DNA of 58,665 bases, the filler included, from Dugesia japonica (taxonomy: Eukaryota), in assembly GCA_001938525.1 (NCBI GenBank). It is 5 parts of 5 records of this genome, joined end to end, with 100 filler letters (N's around TTAATTAATTAA, not from the genome) between each part and the next. Parts side by side here need not be neighbours in the genome. Positions count along the whole stretch, not along the records: positions 1 to 9,380 come from MQRL01625624.1; positions 9,481 to 22,631 come from MQRL01521766.1; 3 more parts are not named here. One strand, written 5' to 3'. Position numbers and translations under genes: made by a program. The notes beneath the pieces are model-generated. The model was not told where the DNA came from and searched no databases. It worked only from the letters and a program-made list of their open reading frames with translations. Position 1 is the first letter of the stretch. Every line of letters begins with the position of its first letter. Positions 1 through 13,329 of the stretch are shown in pieces.

Positions 1-380
1 ATTCATTAATTTACGCCGGTTACATTAAAATAATATTTTGATTTTATATATTAATTTTATTAAATATTGTGTGATAATTTCCTCGGTCTAGTCAGTTTGA
101 CTTAAATTCTTTAAAAAATTCATATGAAAAGTCGAAGTTGTTTAAATTTTCAAGTTTTTTAAAAAAATTTTACGACAATTTAGGTGAACAGTCCATGTTG
201 TTTAAATAATATGAAAATTTTAAATTTTTAAATCAAATTTTTATGGGAATCCTGGTAAACATCCCAAGTTTCGAAAAATTTTTCAAAAATTTTTTATTGA
301 GATTTTTACATCAATCGATTCAAAATGATCTCGGAATCATTTCTAGCTAGAAAAAAATTTTTCGAAAAATATTGTTCTCA
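1..380 (-). repeat. Dispersed repeat, same family as 39311-40130 in opposite orientation
   Basis: 230-320 (GGGAATCCTGGTAAAC...GAGATTTTTACATCAATCGAT) is the diverged reverse complement of about 39330-39420. The TTTCCTCGGT motif near 78-87 matches the ACCGAGGAAA sub-repeats there. Confidence 0.7.
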
Positions 381-619
381 AATTTAATTATAAACCATTC
401 TTTTCGATAGATAATTTTACGCTGATTAAGACTGATCATGACATATGTGTATTACAATGATGGTATGTTGTATGATGAAAATGTTGTATTTATGATAAAA
501 ATTATTTCATTATTTTCATTACTTTATTTTAATGAAATCTCAAATGCGATCAATGGTTAAGTCCAACAATTATTCTGCCAATAATTGTAATTATAAAAAT
601 TATTTGTAATAAAAATTTA

Positions 620-800
620 CCTTGATTTTTTTCATTATAATTGATTTTTTAAATCGTATAAATCTGTGGAGTCATACTTGTACACTTTATAGTAGATATA
701 TAAAAATATATAAAAATTTATCTTGATTTTTATAATTGTCATTGATTTTTAAAATTGTATACATCTGTGGAGTCATACTTGTCCACTTTATGGTAGATCA
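620..800. repeat. Tandem duplication of a unit of about 100 bp
   Basis: Two copies of TTGATTTTT...ATCTGTGGAGTCATACTTGT(A/C)CACTTTAT(A/G)GTAGAT. Confidence 0.8.
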
Positions 801-2462
801 ATATTTACTATTTATAATATAAATTTAAAGCACAATTGTTTTGTCTGATTTTAATATTATTATTTTAGACATGATCCACGTTCAAGGTTTGTATTATTTC
901 TTAAAAAGTAGAGCTTTAAACAAATTTAGTATTTGACTTTTGGCACTTCGACATTATAATTTTCATTAACAACTTCTTATGTTTTTAACTCTAATATTAT
1001 TAAACATTATTATTATCATTATTTATTGTTGTGGTTTATGAGGGGATCTTTGTAAAATTAATGTTTCTGTCCTACCACTCAATACATATTATGGCTAATA
1101 AATGTCCTTAGTCCCCTCCCCAGATTCCCACAAGAATTACATTTAGAAAATTAGTTTTCGATTTCCGAGAAGGGGTCGGTGACTATTCCTAGAGCGTATT
1201 CACGCATCTGTCTTTGAATTCCATTATTCTCGCTCTTTTTGTAAACTACAAATACTCTTTAAAGATTCTACTCCGGTGGCAAGTCTTTTCTTAGTATTTA
1301 GTGCTTAGTACGTTAATATTAATCTATATCTTAACCTTTTTTCTATCGTAACTTGATATATGAATCATCAACTAATATTTATTAAAATTACGAAAGTACC
1401 GTATAACTGCATTATAATCCTAACCTTTTATCAATCGCAATACATCAACTTATACGGTGAATAATTTCTACACTTGCTAATATTGATTAAGCTGGTTTGC
1501 AATAACTTATTTTTACATTAACAAATACTGATATTATAGCTGCTTATATACCAATTTTCAGCACCACTGTCCTTACCATAGATTATGATTGGTTAATTTT
1601 CTTCCCCCACGCTACCGATTAATTGTTGAAAATTTTGTTTTGTCAGTTAATATTTATTCATTTGTCAGGTAATAATTTATTTTCAATATATTAAAATATT
1701 GTTAAATATCAAAATTTTTAAAACCATTTTCGTTTTGATTGGTTAACCAACCATATTTCTGTATTTGATTGCTGGAATTTTAAAACTTTTTTGTTTTTTC
1801 AAAAGAAAAATTTATTAAATATTTTTATTTTTTTTAAATGTCAACATTAAAAATGACATTTACATTAAAAAGGACATTTAAATTTTTTATGATATTCAAA
1901 ACTGTTGTTAAACCTTATTTAAAATAAAACCTTATTTTTTCTCATAATTTTTTAAATATTGTTTTTAATAAAGTCAATTCATGATAATTATTTATTTGTT
2001 AAATTATACAAAATACAAAAATTTTATTTTCATAAAAGTATACAACTGAAAGTTTCATTATTTCAAATATAAAACATTTATAACTTATTTAAATGAGTGA
2101 ATATTTGAAAATAAAATCAATAATTAATAAAAATTCTTAAATCACTCTTTAAGTCACTGTTTTCTTGATTTAGGTTATATCGATCATGTTTATGAGATTT
2201 TAACTTAGTATTTAGTTGTTTAATATCAATATGAAAGTATAAAGTAACAATTTGCTTATTTCACTCGTTCGAAATTTATTATTTTAAAAAACCTATGTAA
2301 AACCGATCTTAACTTTGATTAATTTTTACGATTAAGAAATTAGCTTTATACTTGGATTATGTTTAGGATTTTTTATTTATAAAATATTCAGCTTATAATT
2401 ATATTAATTTTTATGTTTTGGTGTTTAGTAATTAGACATATTTTAATATTTTTTTTAAATAG

Positions 2463-5400
2463 ACATAGCATTCTAACTGCGGATTGTGAAGGAACCATGC
2501 GATTATGGGACATTGATTCAATAATTGGTACAGAACAAAATTTAAGGCAAACATTTTTGTTTTCATTGGGTAATCAAATTCTCAAAAATTCTTCTGATCG
2601 AAAAAGTCCTGAAATTATGGAAAAATGTTTGCGAATGACAGAACCTTTGCGAACAGATTTATCTAATTATTTGGTTCAAGTTGGAGTTCAAAACATTGCC
2701 GTTAGTTCAACTGGATTTTATTTGGCTGAGTCTCTTGGTATCTATTTGAATATTTGGTTTGAATTTTTTTTTAAACATTAACTTAAATTTGTATTTTTAA
2801 GGAGTACAAAAAGTATATTTTCCAAACCATATGTCGCTTCATTTGTTAGTTTGATAACCTCTTTAATATTTCCTCAACAAACCTTTATGGGTTTACACGG
2901 ATGTCTTGTTGATTTATTGCTGGTTTGTCTTGCAGGTGGTGAATTGCTCTTACTACGAATTTTTGATAATGGGACTCGAGTTACTCAACATCAAATACCA
3001 GGACTCTCGGATGTTCGTGTTATTTTATTTTTAAAGTAATATGTATTAGCAAAATCCATACCAATCTTAGTTATATCTATATCGAAATATTTATAATTAG
3101 GCATATTTATAATACAAATTATTGGTGTTATTCGTTTTCTGGATTTATTTCCTGTAATAAATTGTCAAGGCTGCTACTTTCATTTTAAACAGGCCAGCAT
3201 TCGCAAATTAGGAGAGTTACACTTGAAAAGCTTTTATCTAAAAACAAGTTTTTCAACTAGCTAGCAAATTTGACAATGGCAATAGACTTTTTACCTGTTG
3301 ATCGGATCCAGGAAACATTCGAGAAATTATCCACTATTTATATTGACAATCAAACCCTATAGCGGAAAATTCAGAAGTTCTTTACATATTTTGAATGAAC
3401 ATGATTATCAAATACCTTGCTTATTGATTGATTCGATGCTAATTTTTTAACAAACAACTTTTCAGAGTNATTTAATAAAATAGTCGAAATTACTTCAGTA
3501 ACCCGTTGTCATGTTAGAATAGTTGTTTCTTTTTAAATATTTAAAAAGACTATTTCAGTTAATTCAAAATAAAATTGTAAATAATTCTTCTGTTAAATTT
3601 TATAAATTAACATTTCAAAATTTTTATACGAGAAGAATTTATTTCTCCAATCATGCGAAAACTTCATTTATATTTATCAAGATTCTCTTTTCTAAAAATT
3701 ATTAAAATTATTAACTTTTCTTTAAAGGACCTTTTTTTATTATATTTTTTATTATTANNNNNNNNNNNNNNNNNNNNNNNNNNNNNNNNNNNNNNNNNNN
3801 NNNNNNNNNNNNNNNNNNNNNNNNNNNNNNNNNNNNNNNNNNNNNNNNNNNNNNNNNNNNNNNNNNNNNNNNNNNNNNNNNNNNNNAATTTGATTGCAGT
3901 AGGATATCATGATGGATCGATTGTATTAACTGATCAAATTGGAAACAAAATCATTTTAGAAACAGTGCACAATAATCGGATTTTATTTCTTCTTTATTCT
4001 CCATATGTTACAAATTTTGAGGTATCTTTTTTAACGTTATATAATTAATTTTGGTTTCATAGCAATATCTGTTGGCATCATCTTCTGTTGATGAGACAAA
4101 AGTTGCAATATGGAAGAAGGATAATTTAATGTGTGTTTTGAAATTATCATCATCTATAACCTGCCTAGAATGGTTATCAAGAAAATATATCCATGAAGAT
4201 AAATATCATGTGATCATTACTGGTTTATCTAATGGTTTGATTCAATTTTGGCAAGTTGATGATTCTGGAGATAGCATTCAAGTAACATTAACCTAATTTC
4301 TACGTAATTACTTTGTGGATAGAATGTAATAACATTTTGTGGTCATTCGTGTTCAATTTCGAAATTAAGAATATGTGAAAGTACCAATCTCTTAGCTAGT
4401 GGTTGTAATAATGGTTGGGTGAATGTATGGAGTTTAAAAGATCATTCTTTGATTAGTACCTGTAATGGTGAGGGTATTGTTATTGGAATTGAATGGACAT
4501 TGCAAAATAATCTTGTTACTGCATTCTCTCGTTCCCAATATATAAAGATTTGGAGATATTTTAATAATAATACTTTGCAAAAGAATGGAATCCGTCAATG
4601 GGCATATGTCAGAAAGATTTTTTTAGAATCAACTAAAACTAAATCAATAAAGAATTTAAAGAATTTAAAGCATTTTACTTTATCCATTCATAAATTACTT
4701 AATGAACAAGTAATAAATTTTTATGTAAAATTCATTAAAATATTTTAGTTAAAATCAAATGGTAATTTAAAAAAAATAATTATTCACTTATTCTTTAATT
4801 TTATACTCTAGATCAGTGGTGCCCATAAGGTCGATCGCTTAACAATTTAAAGTCGGTCGCCATCGAATATGAAATTATGTATAGAAAAACTAATTTTTCA
4901 ACCATCTGTCTTATGGCAAAAGAATAATTCTTTCCTATGTGAAATTTAATAATTTTTTATTTTTTTTGTTTCATATTTCCAAACTATTTTAAAAATCGTT
5001 ATGTTAAATTTGTTTTTATATTAAGTGTGTATGGTTTGCAACATTTAAAAATCCAAGCCTACTGTTATTATTATCACATATATACCGATCATTTATTCCA
5101 GTCGATCGCAATTGCTCTTATATTTCAAAAGTAGCTCTTTTGAAAAAAATAGTGGTCACCACTGTTCTAGATGGATGTCATTACGTAATTACAATAAATA
5201 GTTATAAATCTTCAAATCGCCCTTTTAATAAAAATCCATAATCATTACTATTTTCTGACTATTAGTATATTATTAGTATAGAATTTTTTTAACTATGCTT
5301 AATTGAATATGAATAATACTGAAAGGAAACATTTTTTCATTAAGTAAATCATTCCTCGCAATGTTTTCTAGATTCTCCAAATTCCACATTACTCCAAAAA

Positions 5401-8400
5401 AGTTTGTTCCAAATTTTAGTTAATAATTTTATTAACATAATATATACACTGGATTGTTTTCTTCATTTAGAAGGCACATTTAAGTCATGCCTTAATAGCT
5501 TTTATCAGCTTTACATAACCTATATTATATATAAAAGTATCACATTTATTTGGAACAGGCTTGAAACAAGGAAGGTTCAACCAATGCCTCCGCACCAGTT
5601 TCAGAGCGCCAAAATAAACCATAGGGGCGAAAAAATGAGTTTTATAAATTTTTAAACTTTTTTTCTAAAACATTATTTTATGAATTCATTTTAAAGGCAC
5701 TTGCTGAAATGAAACGGCAGTCTTAAGGGGATGTTGCAAACATGCAGCCAGTTTTTATATCTAAAGCAATATACGACATTATAATATCGTGATAATTATT
5801 TTTTAAGTGTGACTGTCGACTGGTTTGCTCTTGCCTGTAGCGTAGTAGATATGGTACGATGTGGTGCTTAAATAACCCTAATAATTTCTAAATGTTAATA
5901 ATAACTTATTTCATAATTAATTTTGTAGTTCATGCCGCATGCAGTATGCTACAGTATACTATACAGAAAGAGCATACACTATACATACCTTACCTAGTGA
6001 ACTACGCAACAATGTTAAACTTTACTTGCTACATAAAATTTCTGGCTTCAACATGTCTTTGACTATAATTCTTTGCCCATAAATAAATTTTGCATCAATT
6101 CCAACTCAGAGTTATCAGATTTTTATTTTGTGTTACCATATTAATCAATATTTCCTGTTTAGTTATTTATTTATTATATATTCTTATTTTACATTTTTAT
6201 AAGTCAAATTATAATTATTAACCATGCCTCCGAAAAAGCAATCAGGATGTTATTTTAGATAAAAAAATCAAATTAAAAGAAAGAGAAAAAAGAATAATTA
6301 TAAGACGTGTCAAAGATTTCTTTGCAAAGGCGAAAAACTGAATCTACTAGTTCACGTTCTTTTTCTGGATAGAGCCAAAGCCTTGAACCTTGCATCAGTT
6401 TACCATATGAACCACATTCTGATTACAATGTTATATGTGAAACAATCAAAACAAAGGAACCAGAAAGGAAAGATGAAGTTGATGACATTGGCGGAATTGT
6501 ACTTGTCATGGAAAACAATGAAATAGGTCAGTCTGTAGGAGTAGTTGACTTGGATTTTATGGGAAACTGGAAAATATATCTGCAAGATGAGAACGGTGTG
6601 TATAACATGGTTTCTAACCATGAAGGAGAATTAATTACTATTGAAGATAGTAATAATATAGTAATAATATAAGATAGTAATAATATAGTAATAATATAAG
6701 ATAGTAATAATATAGTAATAATATAAGATAGTAATAATATAAGATAGTAATAATATAAGATAGTAATAATATAGTAATAATATAAGATAGTAATAATATA
6801 GTAATGATATAAGATAGTAATAAGATAAATAAAAGACAATTCACGTGTCAATATCAACAAAATAACGAAAATTTCATAAACTTTAAAAGATCGATGGTCG
6901 TTTTGGAGTCTTGAATAAGTTGTCAGAAGTATTTAATTTTTTTAAATGGAGCAGTGATATCTAAAACTCTGGCTTTAGAGTTACAAAAATGGCCAGTTGC
7001 CTAGCACTAAAATATGATCAAGATCTGGATGAAAATGAATTCTGTTCAGAAATAGAGACTTCGAAATTCCAGGCTAAGTCAACTTTTAAAGAACATGAAT
7101 TGTCAGATTTATTACTAATACAGCTTCTAAATTGGATTCATTCTATGTCTCTGCAAGAAACATATCCCAACGCAGATATAACTCTGCAAATATTTCTTAC
7201 GTTGCCTGTCACTTTAGCCAGTTGTGAACGAAGTTTTAGCAAATTGAAAATGATAAAAAANTATATGAGATCAACAATGAATCAAGAAAGACTTAGAGAT
7301 TTAGCGATACTCGCAATTGAAAAAGGTTTTGCGCGTGCTTTAGACTACTTTGGTTTGATCGATGAATTTGCTTCCAAGCAAGCGCGAAAAATTGATTTTT
7401 GAGAAGTAAAATTTAAATTTCTGCTTCTTATACTTCTAAATACTGCCATGTTATTCATATATCAAAAAAATTCTTTTAATTTCTTTTTTTTTTGATTTCT
7501 TTTGTCGCTTTTGATGTTTTAAGGGGCGCCAAAATTAGGCTTCGGACCGGATGCCATGAAGCATAGTTTCTGGCCTGATTTGGAATTTGGAGAATCTAGA
7601 CTACGTCATCTTTCGTTAGTTACTTGAGTCATGTTTCATTAAATATGATTTGTTAAGCATTGACGTTTAATTTAATAATTATTCGTTGAAAATGAAAATT
7701 ACTTGACAATGAAAAAGACTGATACCAAGAAAATAGTTATTTCTTTAGGTTATCAGAAGTTTGAACGTTTGTTTTAAATATATTTAAAGTGAACAGTTTT
7801 TTTAACTTTTGATAACTTTTAGGTTGATATAATTTAATTTATAAATGAAATCCAAATTGAAATAATCTTATTATATAAAAATAAAATTTCTCAACGAAAT
7901 ATTCTGCAAAATATTAATTAATACTTAATAATAGTTTGAGTTGTGTTTGTTAATAAAAGTTAATTTCTGTTTAGTTTACTTTTATTTTGATTTATATATC
8001 ATTAAATTATATTCAAAATAATCAAAGTATTATTATTCGAATTATAAATAATTATTTTAGGTCTTTTCATGAATAATTTATTGAATCTTGAGGAAATGAC
8101 AGTTTTTTTAATAATTGCTAATCATTATTTATTTATATTTTTTACTTTACTTTATATTCTACTTTGTTTTTCTTTAATTAACAGGAATTTCGGGGATAGT
8201 GTTTAAAAATGCATTTTAAGTGGTTCACTGTAAAAAATAAGAATTCAGGATCTTAATGAACATTAGTTATTTAAGCATAGTGGTAATGTTCTTTTGGTAT
8301 CATTAAATAAAATAAAGATGATGCCATATTATTTTTAAGAATTTGTATGATAAATCAAAACTAAGTAATTGATCTTACTGTAATGAACGTTACTTTGAAT

Positions 8401-9380
8401 GAGTTTTATACTATTTCATGATGTTATCATATTTTTATTGATAACATTTGTTTTTTTATGATGTTTATTTTTACACTAAACTATTGACTTTTATATTATA
8501 GTTTCTTGAAGAAGTGGAATCTGTGAAATCTGGATTTTCAATTGTTTTTTCTCAATATCTCCAATGCTTAATTCAATTCGCAATTTCATTGAATTTTATT
8601 CCTAAATTCACGTCATGTTCTTTTATGGAACCGATTGATTTAAATAATAGTTTTAAACCACCATGTTTATTTGAAATTACCAACGAAACATACCAAAATC
8701 GCGGAATATTAAGACATATTTTGAATATAAATGGTAGAGCTCTTCCCAATCACCACTTGGATTGGCTGTTCATGATTGATGAAATGGTGAAACTTACACA
8801 ATCCGTTTGTTTTGAATGTGAAATTCCAGTAAATATAATTCCTAAATGGTGGTGGGTTTGGTGCGTTGGAACAGAAGAACTTGTTCATCATTATATAGAA
8901 TCAAAATGGGTACTTGAGTTTTATTCTACATTATTTGTCATACGATTTAGAATAACCATTACTGGACTATGAAAAAACAAATTGAGCTTTACCAGTGGTA
9001 TCAGAATTCACCAGATTATTGGATAAAGGAGTATTCAAATTCAACGTTTATCTGGGGTTGTGGTATTAAAGGAGAATTGGGGTTTTCAACAAAAGCTGAT
9101 TGGGTTAAACCAACTTTAGCAAGTATTGATGGAATACAACAAATTGTATGTGGTAGTGGCGTGACTTTATTAATTACTTGTGAGAATAAATTAATGGCTT
9201 GTGGTGAAGGATTAGAAGTTATATTTAATCCCTTTATGAGAGAAGAATCTTATCAAATTATCAATGTTCCGGTCTTGAATGGTATGTTAAATTATTTTTT
9301 CTTTATAGGTTTTCTCATGATTTTCTTGGAATATCATAGATATTCCGATATATACATTATCATTCCTTCAAACGACAATA
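2463..9380 (+). CDS. HERC1: Internal part of a spliced HERC1-like E3 ubiquitin ligase (WD40 region, linker, start of the second RCC1-like domain)
   Basis: Exons about 2463-2737, about 2802-3036 (boundaries uncertain), 3887-4021, 4063-4281, 4323-4709, 8502-8909 and 8951-9281. GT-AG joins from 4022 onward keep the frame. WD40 motifs: GTMRLWD, GHSCSISKL...LLASGCNNGWVNVWSL. The spliced LLNEQ|FLEEVESVKSGFSIVFSQYLQCL resembles HERC1 MLQEQYAYEKPHVVCGDQLVHSPYMQCL. WYQNSPDYW...FIWGCGIKGELG...QIVCGSGVTLLITCENKLMACGEG resembles the start of HERC1 RLD2. Truncated by the scaffold end. Confidence 0.85.
4814..5164. mobile_element. Non-autonomous hAT (Buster/Charlie-like) MITE
   Basis: TIRs CAGTGGTGCCCA / TGGTCACCACTG. 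8-bp TSD CTCTAGAT / TTCTAGAT with central TA. Subterminal GTCGATCGC repeats at both ends. Confidence 0.9.
6644..6826. repeat. Minisatellite built from AAGATAGTAATAATAT / AGTAATAATAT units
   Basis: Direct inspection. It produces the spurious ILLLSYIIT / ILLLYYYY ORFs on the minus strand. Confidence 0.95.
6989..7402 (+). pseudogene. hAT transposase C-terminal dimerisation domain
   Basis: YPNADITLQIFLTLPVTLASCERSFSKLKMIK.YMRSTMNQERLRDLAILAIE is the hATC motif. Confidence 0.95.
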
Positions 9381-9480
9381 NNNNNNNNNNNNNNNNNNNN
9401 NNNNNNNNNNNNNNNNNNNNNNNNTTAATTAATTAANNNNNNNNNNNNNNNNNNNNNNNNNNNNNNNNNNNNNNNNNNNN
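9381..9480. other. Artificial scaffold-joining spacer
   Basis: N44 + TTAATTAATTAA (stops in all six frames) + N44. Confidence 0.97.
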
Positions 9481-9669
9481 AAATTTTATTTAAAAAAATA
9501 TTTTGATAAACTAATATTTTTTGTTCAAGTTTCAGTTATAAAACTTTTAAATTTGTTTGAAAAGACAAATTGATATGTTGTTTATTTTTGTTGTTGTCTT
9601 AAATAAATCTTAGAATGAAAAGTATTTAATTTTTAAATGCAAATATGAATGTTACAGATTCATCTAACA

Positions 9670-9703
<34 letters not shown>

Positions 9704-10519
9704 NNNNNNNNNNNNNNNNNNNNNNNNNNNNNNNNNNNNNNNNNNNNNNNNNNNNATTAATTAATTAATATTATCCTTTTAATTAATATTATTAAAACAT
9801 TAATAACATAGCTGCACATGGCACTAGAATATGTTTTTTATCCGATCTATGGTTATGTATCTTTTTGTTTAACAAACAGAAGGAGTCCAAGCACTCTGTG
9901 AGAGATTCAGTTACCAATATGATTCCGAAAACTATCACGGTGCAGTATTAAATGCTTGTGGTTAAAATAGGTGTTTTTTAGTCAGCAGACAATTATATCA
10001 CAGATAAAGATAAGAATTTAAATCGAAATTAGTACGTATTCAATAAATTGAATAATGGTATTTTATGTAATAAATGCATTAACTCTACTGAGTGAAGAAA
10101 TAGAGTGCAAAAATGTATTGAGTGATTGTATTGCGTGAATTGAATGAATTAAATGCATAGAATTGATTGATTGTAATGAAGGGATCGAAAGCTAAAAGGC
10201 TAAATCAAATGAGTATATTAAGCAGATTAGGTTAGTTGAGTATATTAGTCAAGTAGAATGTGTGAATGAGTGAAACGAGTTGTTGACAGTATTGAGTATA
10301 TTAAGTAGGTTTAGTGTATTAAGTATATTGAGATTAATAAATGGATGTCAATAATTAAATTTATTTGAGTCAATATTCCAAAAACCGTAATCAATTAACA
10401 TTTTTTCTTTAATTGAAATTGCTTAACTATTTTTCTTTATTACTGTATTACATTTATTTGGGAACAAATTTTGGAAATTATCATAATTATTACAGTTAGT
10501 AACACTTACATTCTCTCAA

Positions 10520-12800
10520 ACTGTTGTCACTATTATATTTTATTAAAAGGTTTTCAAAATCTAGTAAATTACAAACTTAACGGCAAATATGTTGAGACGT
10601 ATTTAAATGTAGAATGTTAAGATGAAAGAATTTTCTGAAATAAAGAGTTTACGAGAGAGAAAGTTCAATCAAAATTGTTGATTGGGATATAAATCAATAT
10701 TGTATTACTATTAAAGAATTATTAGCTATTTATACCTTTGTTATGAAGTTCAAATATTATCTAATTTGTAAGCGATTCATAGTGTGAAAAGACAATCAAG
10801 TGTTAAAAAGGATGCTCAACTTGGATAGTCTGAATACACCTCATTATTGTATTTGGAGAGCAGAGCTAGAAGTATTTGAAATGATAGTAGAATTTCGAAA
10901 GGGTAAAGAACACAGAAATACAGCTGTTTTATNTAAATTATAGTAACAATGCATGAACAAACATTTCAAACCTCAAAAGAAACAAAAAATCAAGGTAGAT
11001 CTCATAGAATTAAATAGGGAACAGAATCAATTCACTTAAAAAAGGCTTTCAACAATATAAAAAATCACAATAATAAATGACAACAGGAAAATGATCCAAA
11101 TATCAAATTAATACTTAAAGTGTTGTGATATTGGTCTTTTATAAAAATGTATTTTTTTAAATTTGTGTGCCATAATTATATGTATATAAATACATTCATG
11201 TATGTGTGCATATACTTTTAAAAAAACATACTTTCTATAATAGAAATTATTATAGAGAAATATGAGTCAATAATAATTATTGACACAATTAAAAGTTAAT
11301 TAAAAATTACAATTCAAAATAAAACTTGGCAACGGCTGAAAATAGAACAAATTAAATAACCAGATAATTGGCAACCGCCAAATGAAAAATAAAAAAAGAA
11401 ATTTAAGAATTTAAATGTAATTATGAGACTCAATTAAAGAATTCTCGGCAAGGGCCAAAACAACAAATTTAAATTGAAATAACAATTGTAATTTGAAATN
11501 NNNNNNNNNNNNNNNNNNNNNNNNNNNNNNNNNNNNNNNNNNNNNNNNNNNNNNNNNNNNNNNNNNNNNNNNNNNNNNNNNNNNNNNNNATTTAGTTCTT
11601 TTGTTAATAAAACTTGTTAAATCATTATTAATCTTGTTAAATATTTTTATATATTTTTATTTGGTGTAATTGTAAAATAAATTATCTAACACAGCATATA
11701 CCCCAGGTTTCCCTCAATATTTTCTCTGGTGACTCTATTTGAGGCCTACAAAATTTCTCCACAAGTAAAATAATAGTTACAATAATAAATAAAACTTAAT
11801 AACTAAATAGAAAATAAAGAGAACATTTATAGAAAAGGAATTAATCAATGATCTAAATATCAAATTAATACTTAAAGCGTTAAAAGAAGGTTACAATAAG
11901 ATAAAAAAAACTGAAGAAACAAACGAAGCAAAAATATACTAGGAAAAGAAGTAACAATTAAGAATACAAGGAGAATTTTTTATTTTGGAGAAAAATAACG
12001 ACCACCTTTTGGTAGTACCCAAATTTAAAAGGGAAAAGATTACATGAAAAGACTTTAAGTTATTGGGTCACACTGGAGCGGAAAAAACTGCAGAAGTTTT
12101 ACAAAGAGAATATTATTGACCCTCATTGTCAAAAGATATGCGAGATATTATTACTAATTGTAATTCATGTAACCCCAAAAAGTATCTGATTGGTAGGATT
12201 AAAACACGATTAGAAAACATCACGGAATACAAACTATTTTAGTTTATAGAAATATATATTACAGGACCATTTAAACAAATAAAGGAAGGTAAATAAATAT
12301 ATACTGGGTATAATAGATTATTTTTCAAAGTTTTCAATTTGATTTAAGAATAACATCATCCGAAGTTATCTGTGAAGCCTTATGGGTAAATTGGATATTC
12401 AAATTCGGGAAACCTGAAACAATCCATTAAAATAGTGGACGTAATATTTGGTCTAGATTGTTCCAGGAATATTTAAGAATATTGAGAATATGAAAAATAT
12501 TTACGTTGCCGTACTACTCTCAAAACGACAAGTTGGTAGAAAGACTATTTAAAACATTGAAGCTCACGATAAGCGCAGTTATGGAAGACAGAGAAATCCA
12601 AAACTAGAGCTCAAAATTACCTAAAATAGAAGGCGACATTCAAAATACAATACAGAAAATAACCAGATATTCAGCATATGAAATCCTGTTTGAAAGAAGA
12701 CCGAAAATTAACTTATGGAATATTATAAACACTAAAAATAACAAACCGAACTTTAAAAAATACGTGGAAAACATGAAGCAAAAAATAAAGATAATACATA
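10520..12800 (+). mobile_element. Heavily decayed Ty3/Gypsy pol (RNase H to integrase)
   Basis: About 12065-12170 reads GHTGAEKTAEVLQREYY*PSLSKDMRDIITNCNSC (integrase zinc finger), followed by ITGPF, GIIDYFSK, WIFKFGKPETIH and LVERLFKTLK. Many stops and frameshifts. The left boundary is approximate. Confidence 0.85.
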
Positions 12801-13329
12801 GTAAAGGTCGAGACAATTAAAATTTTACTTTAATAATCATTGTTAGAAAATATATTTGCTGATATATTAATCGTTACTTTTAATTATATTGATTTTATCG
12901 AATCTAACAAAAAGAAGTAGAAGAACGGTGATTCTACGTAAATTTGAATGAATAGAAAATATAAGAGGCAATTACCTTGGTGAATACAATGGAGGAATAC
13001 AGATAACACGTCGATGTAGTTAAGAGTTACACAGATGGCGAGGGTAACTTGTCAGAAATAATAATAACAGAAGACATTTAAAAGGAAACACGGTAAAGAA
13101 AATTTAGCAGTGTAAGTCGTTCCATAAATTTGGTCTTGCCAAAAGAAATTGTCGAAAGGAAGAAATTGTAGAATGTTGAACCTGTCGTAAAAATGGACAT
13201 AAATCTTAAATGATTTATTTTTAAAGTGAATTTAAATGCCAAAAATATTAACTAATATTTTTTAAAACAATAAAATATGGGAGAATATTTCTTTTTAGTG
13301 TTTGTCAAAAAAATAATTTTATAAAAATT

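Larger units (their letters stand above)
5556..7577 (+). mobile_element. Internally deleted hAT transposon
   Basis: Imperfect TIRs CAGGCTTGAAAC / GTTTCTGGCCTG. Perfect 8-bp TSD ATTTGGAA at 5548-5555 and 7578-7585. Transposase C-terminus retained. Confidence 0.92.
5367..7600. mobile_element. Small TIR element (about 200 bp) split by the hAT insertion
   Basis: Perfect 20-bp inverted repeat: TCTAGATTCTCCAAATTCCA (5367-5386) and TGGAATTTGGAGAATCTAGA (7581-7600). Confidence 0.65.

Noticed and set aside
6400-6860. Hydrophobic repeat ORFs on the minus strand resembling membrane proteins
   Set aside because: They are translations of the minisatellite inside the hAT relic.
11090-11880. A duplication of about 30 bp around an insert in the first Gypsy relic
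   Set aside because: Probably a nested fragment or an assembly join at the N gap; the boundaries cannot be supported.
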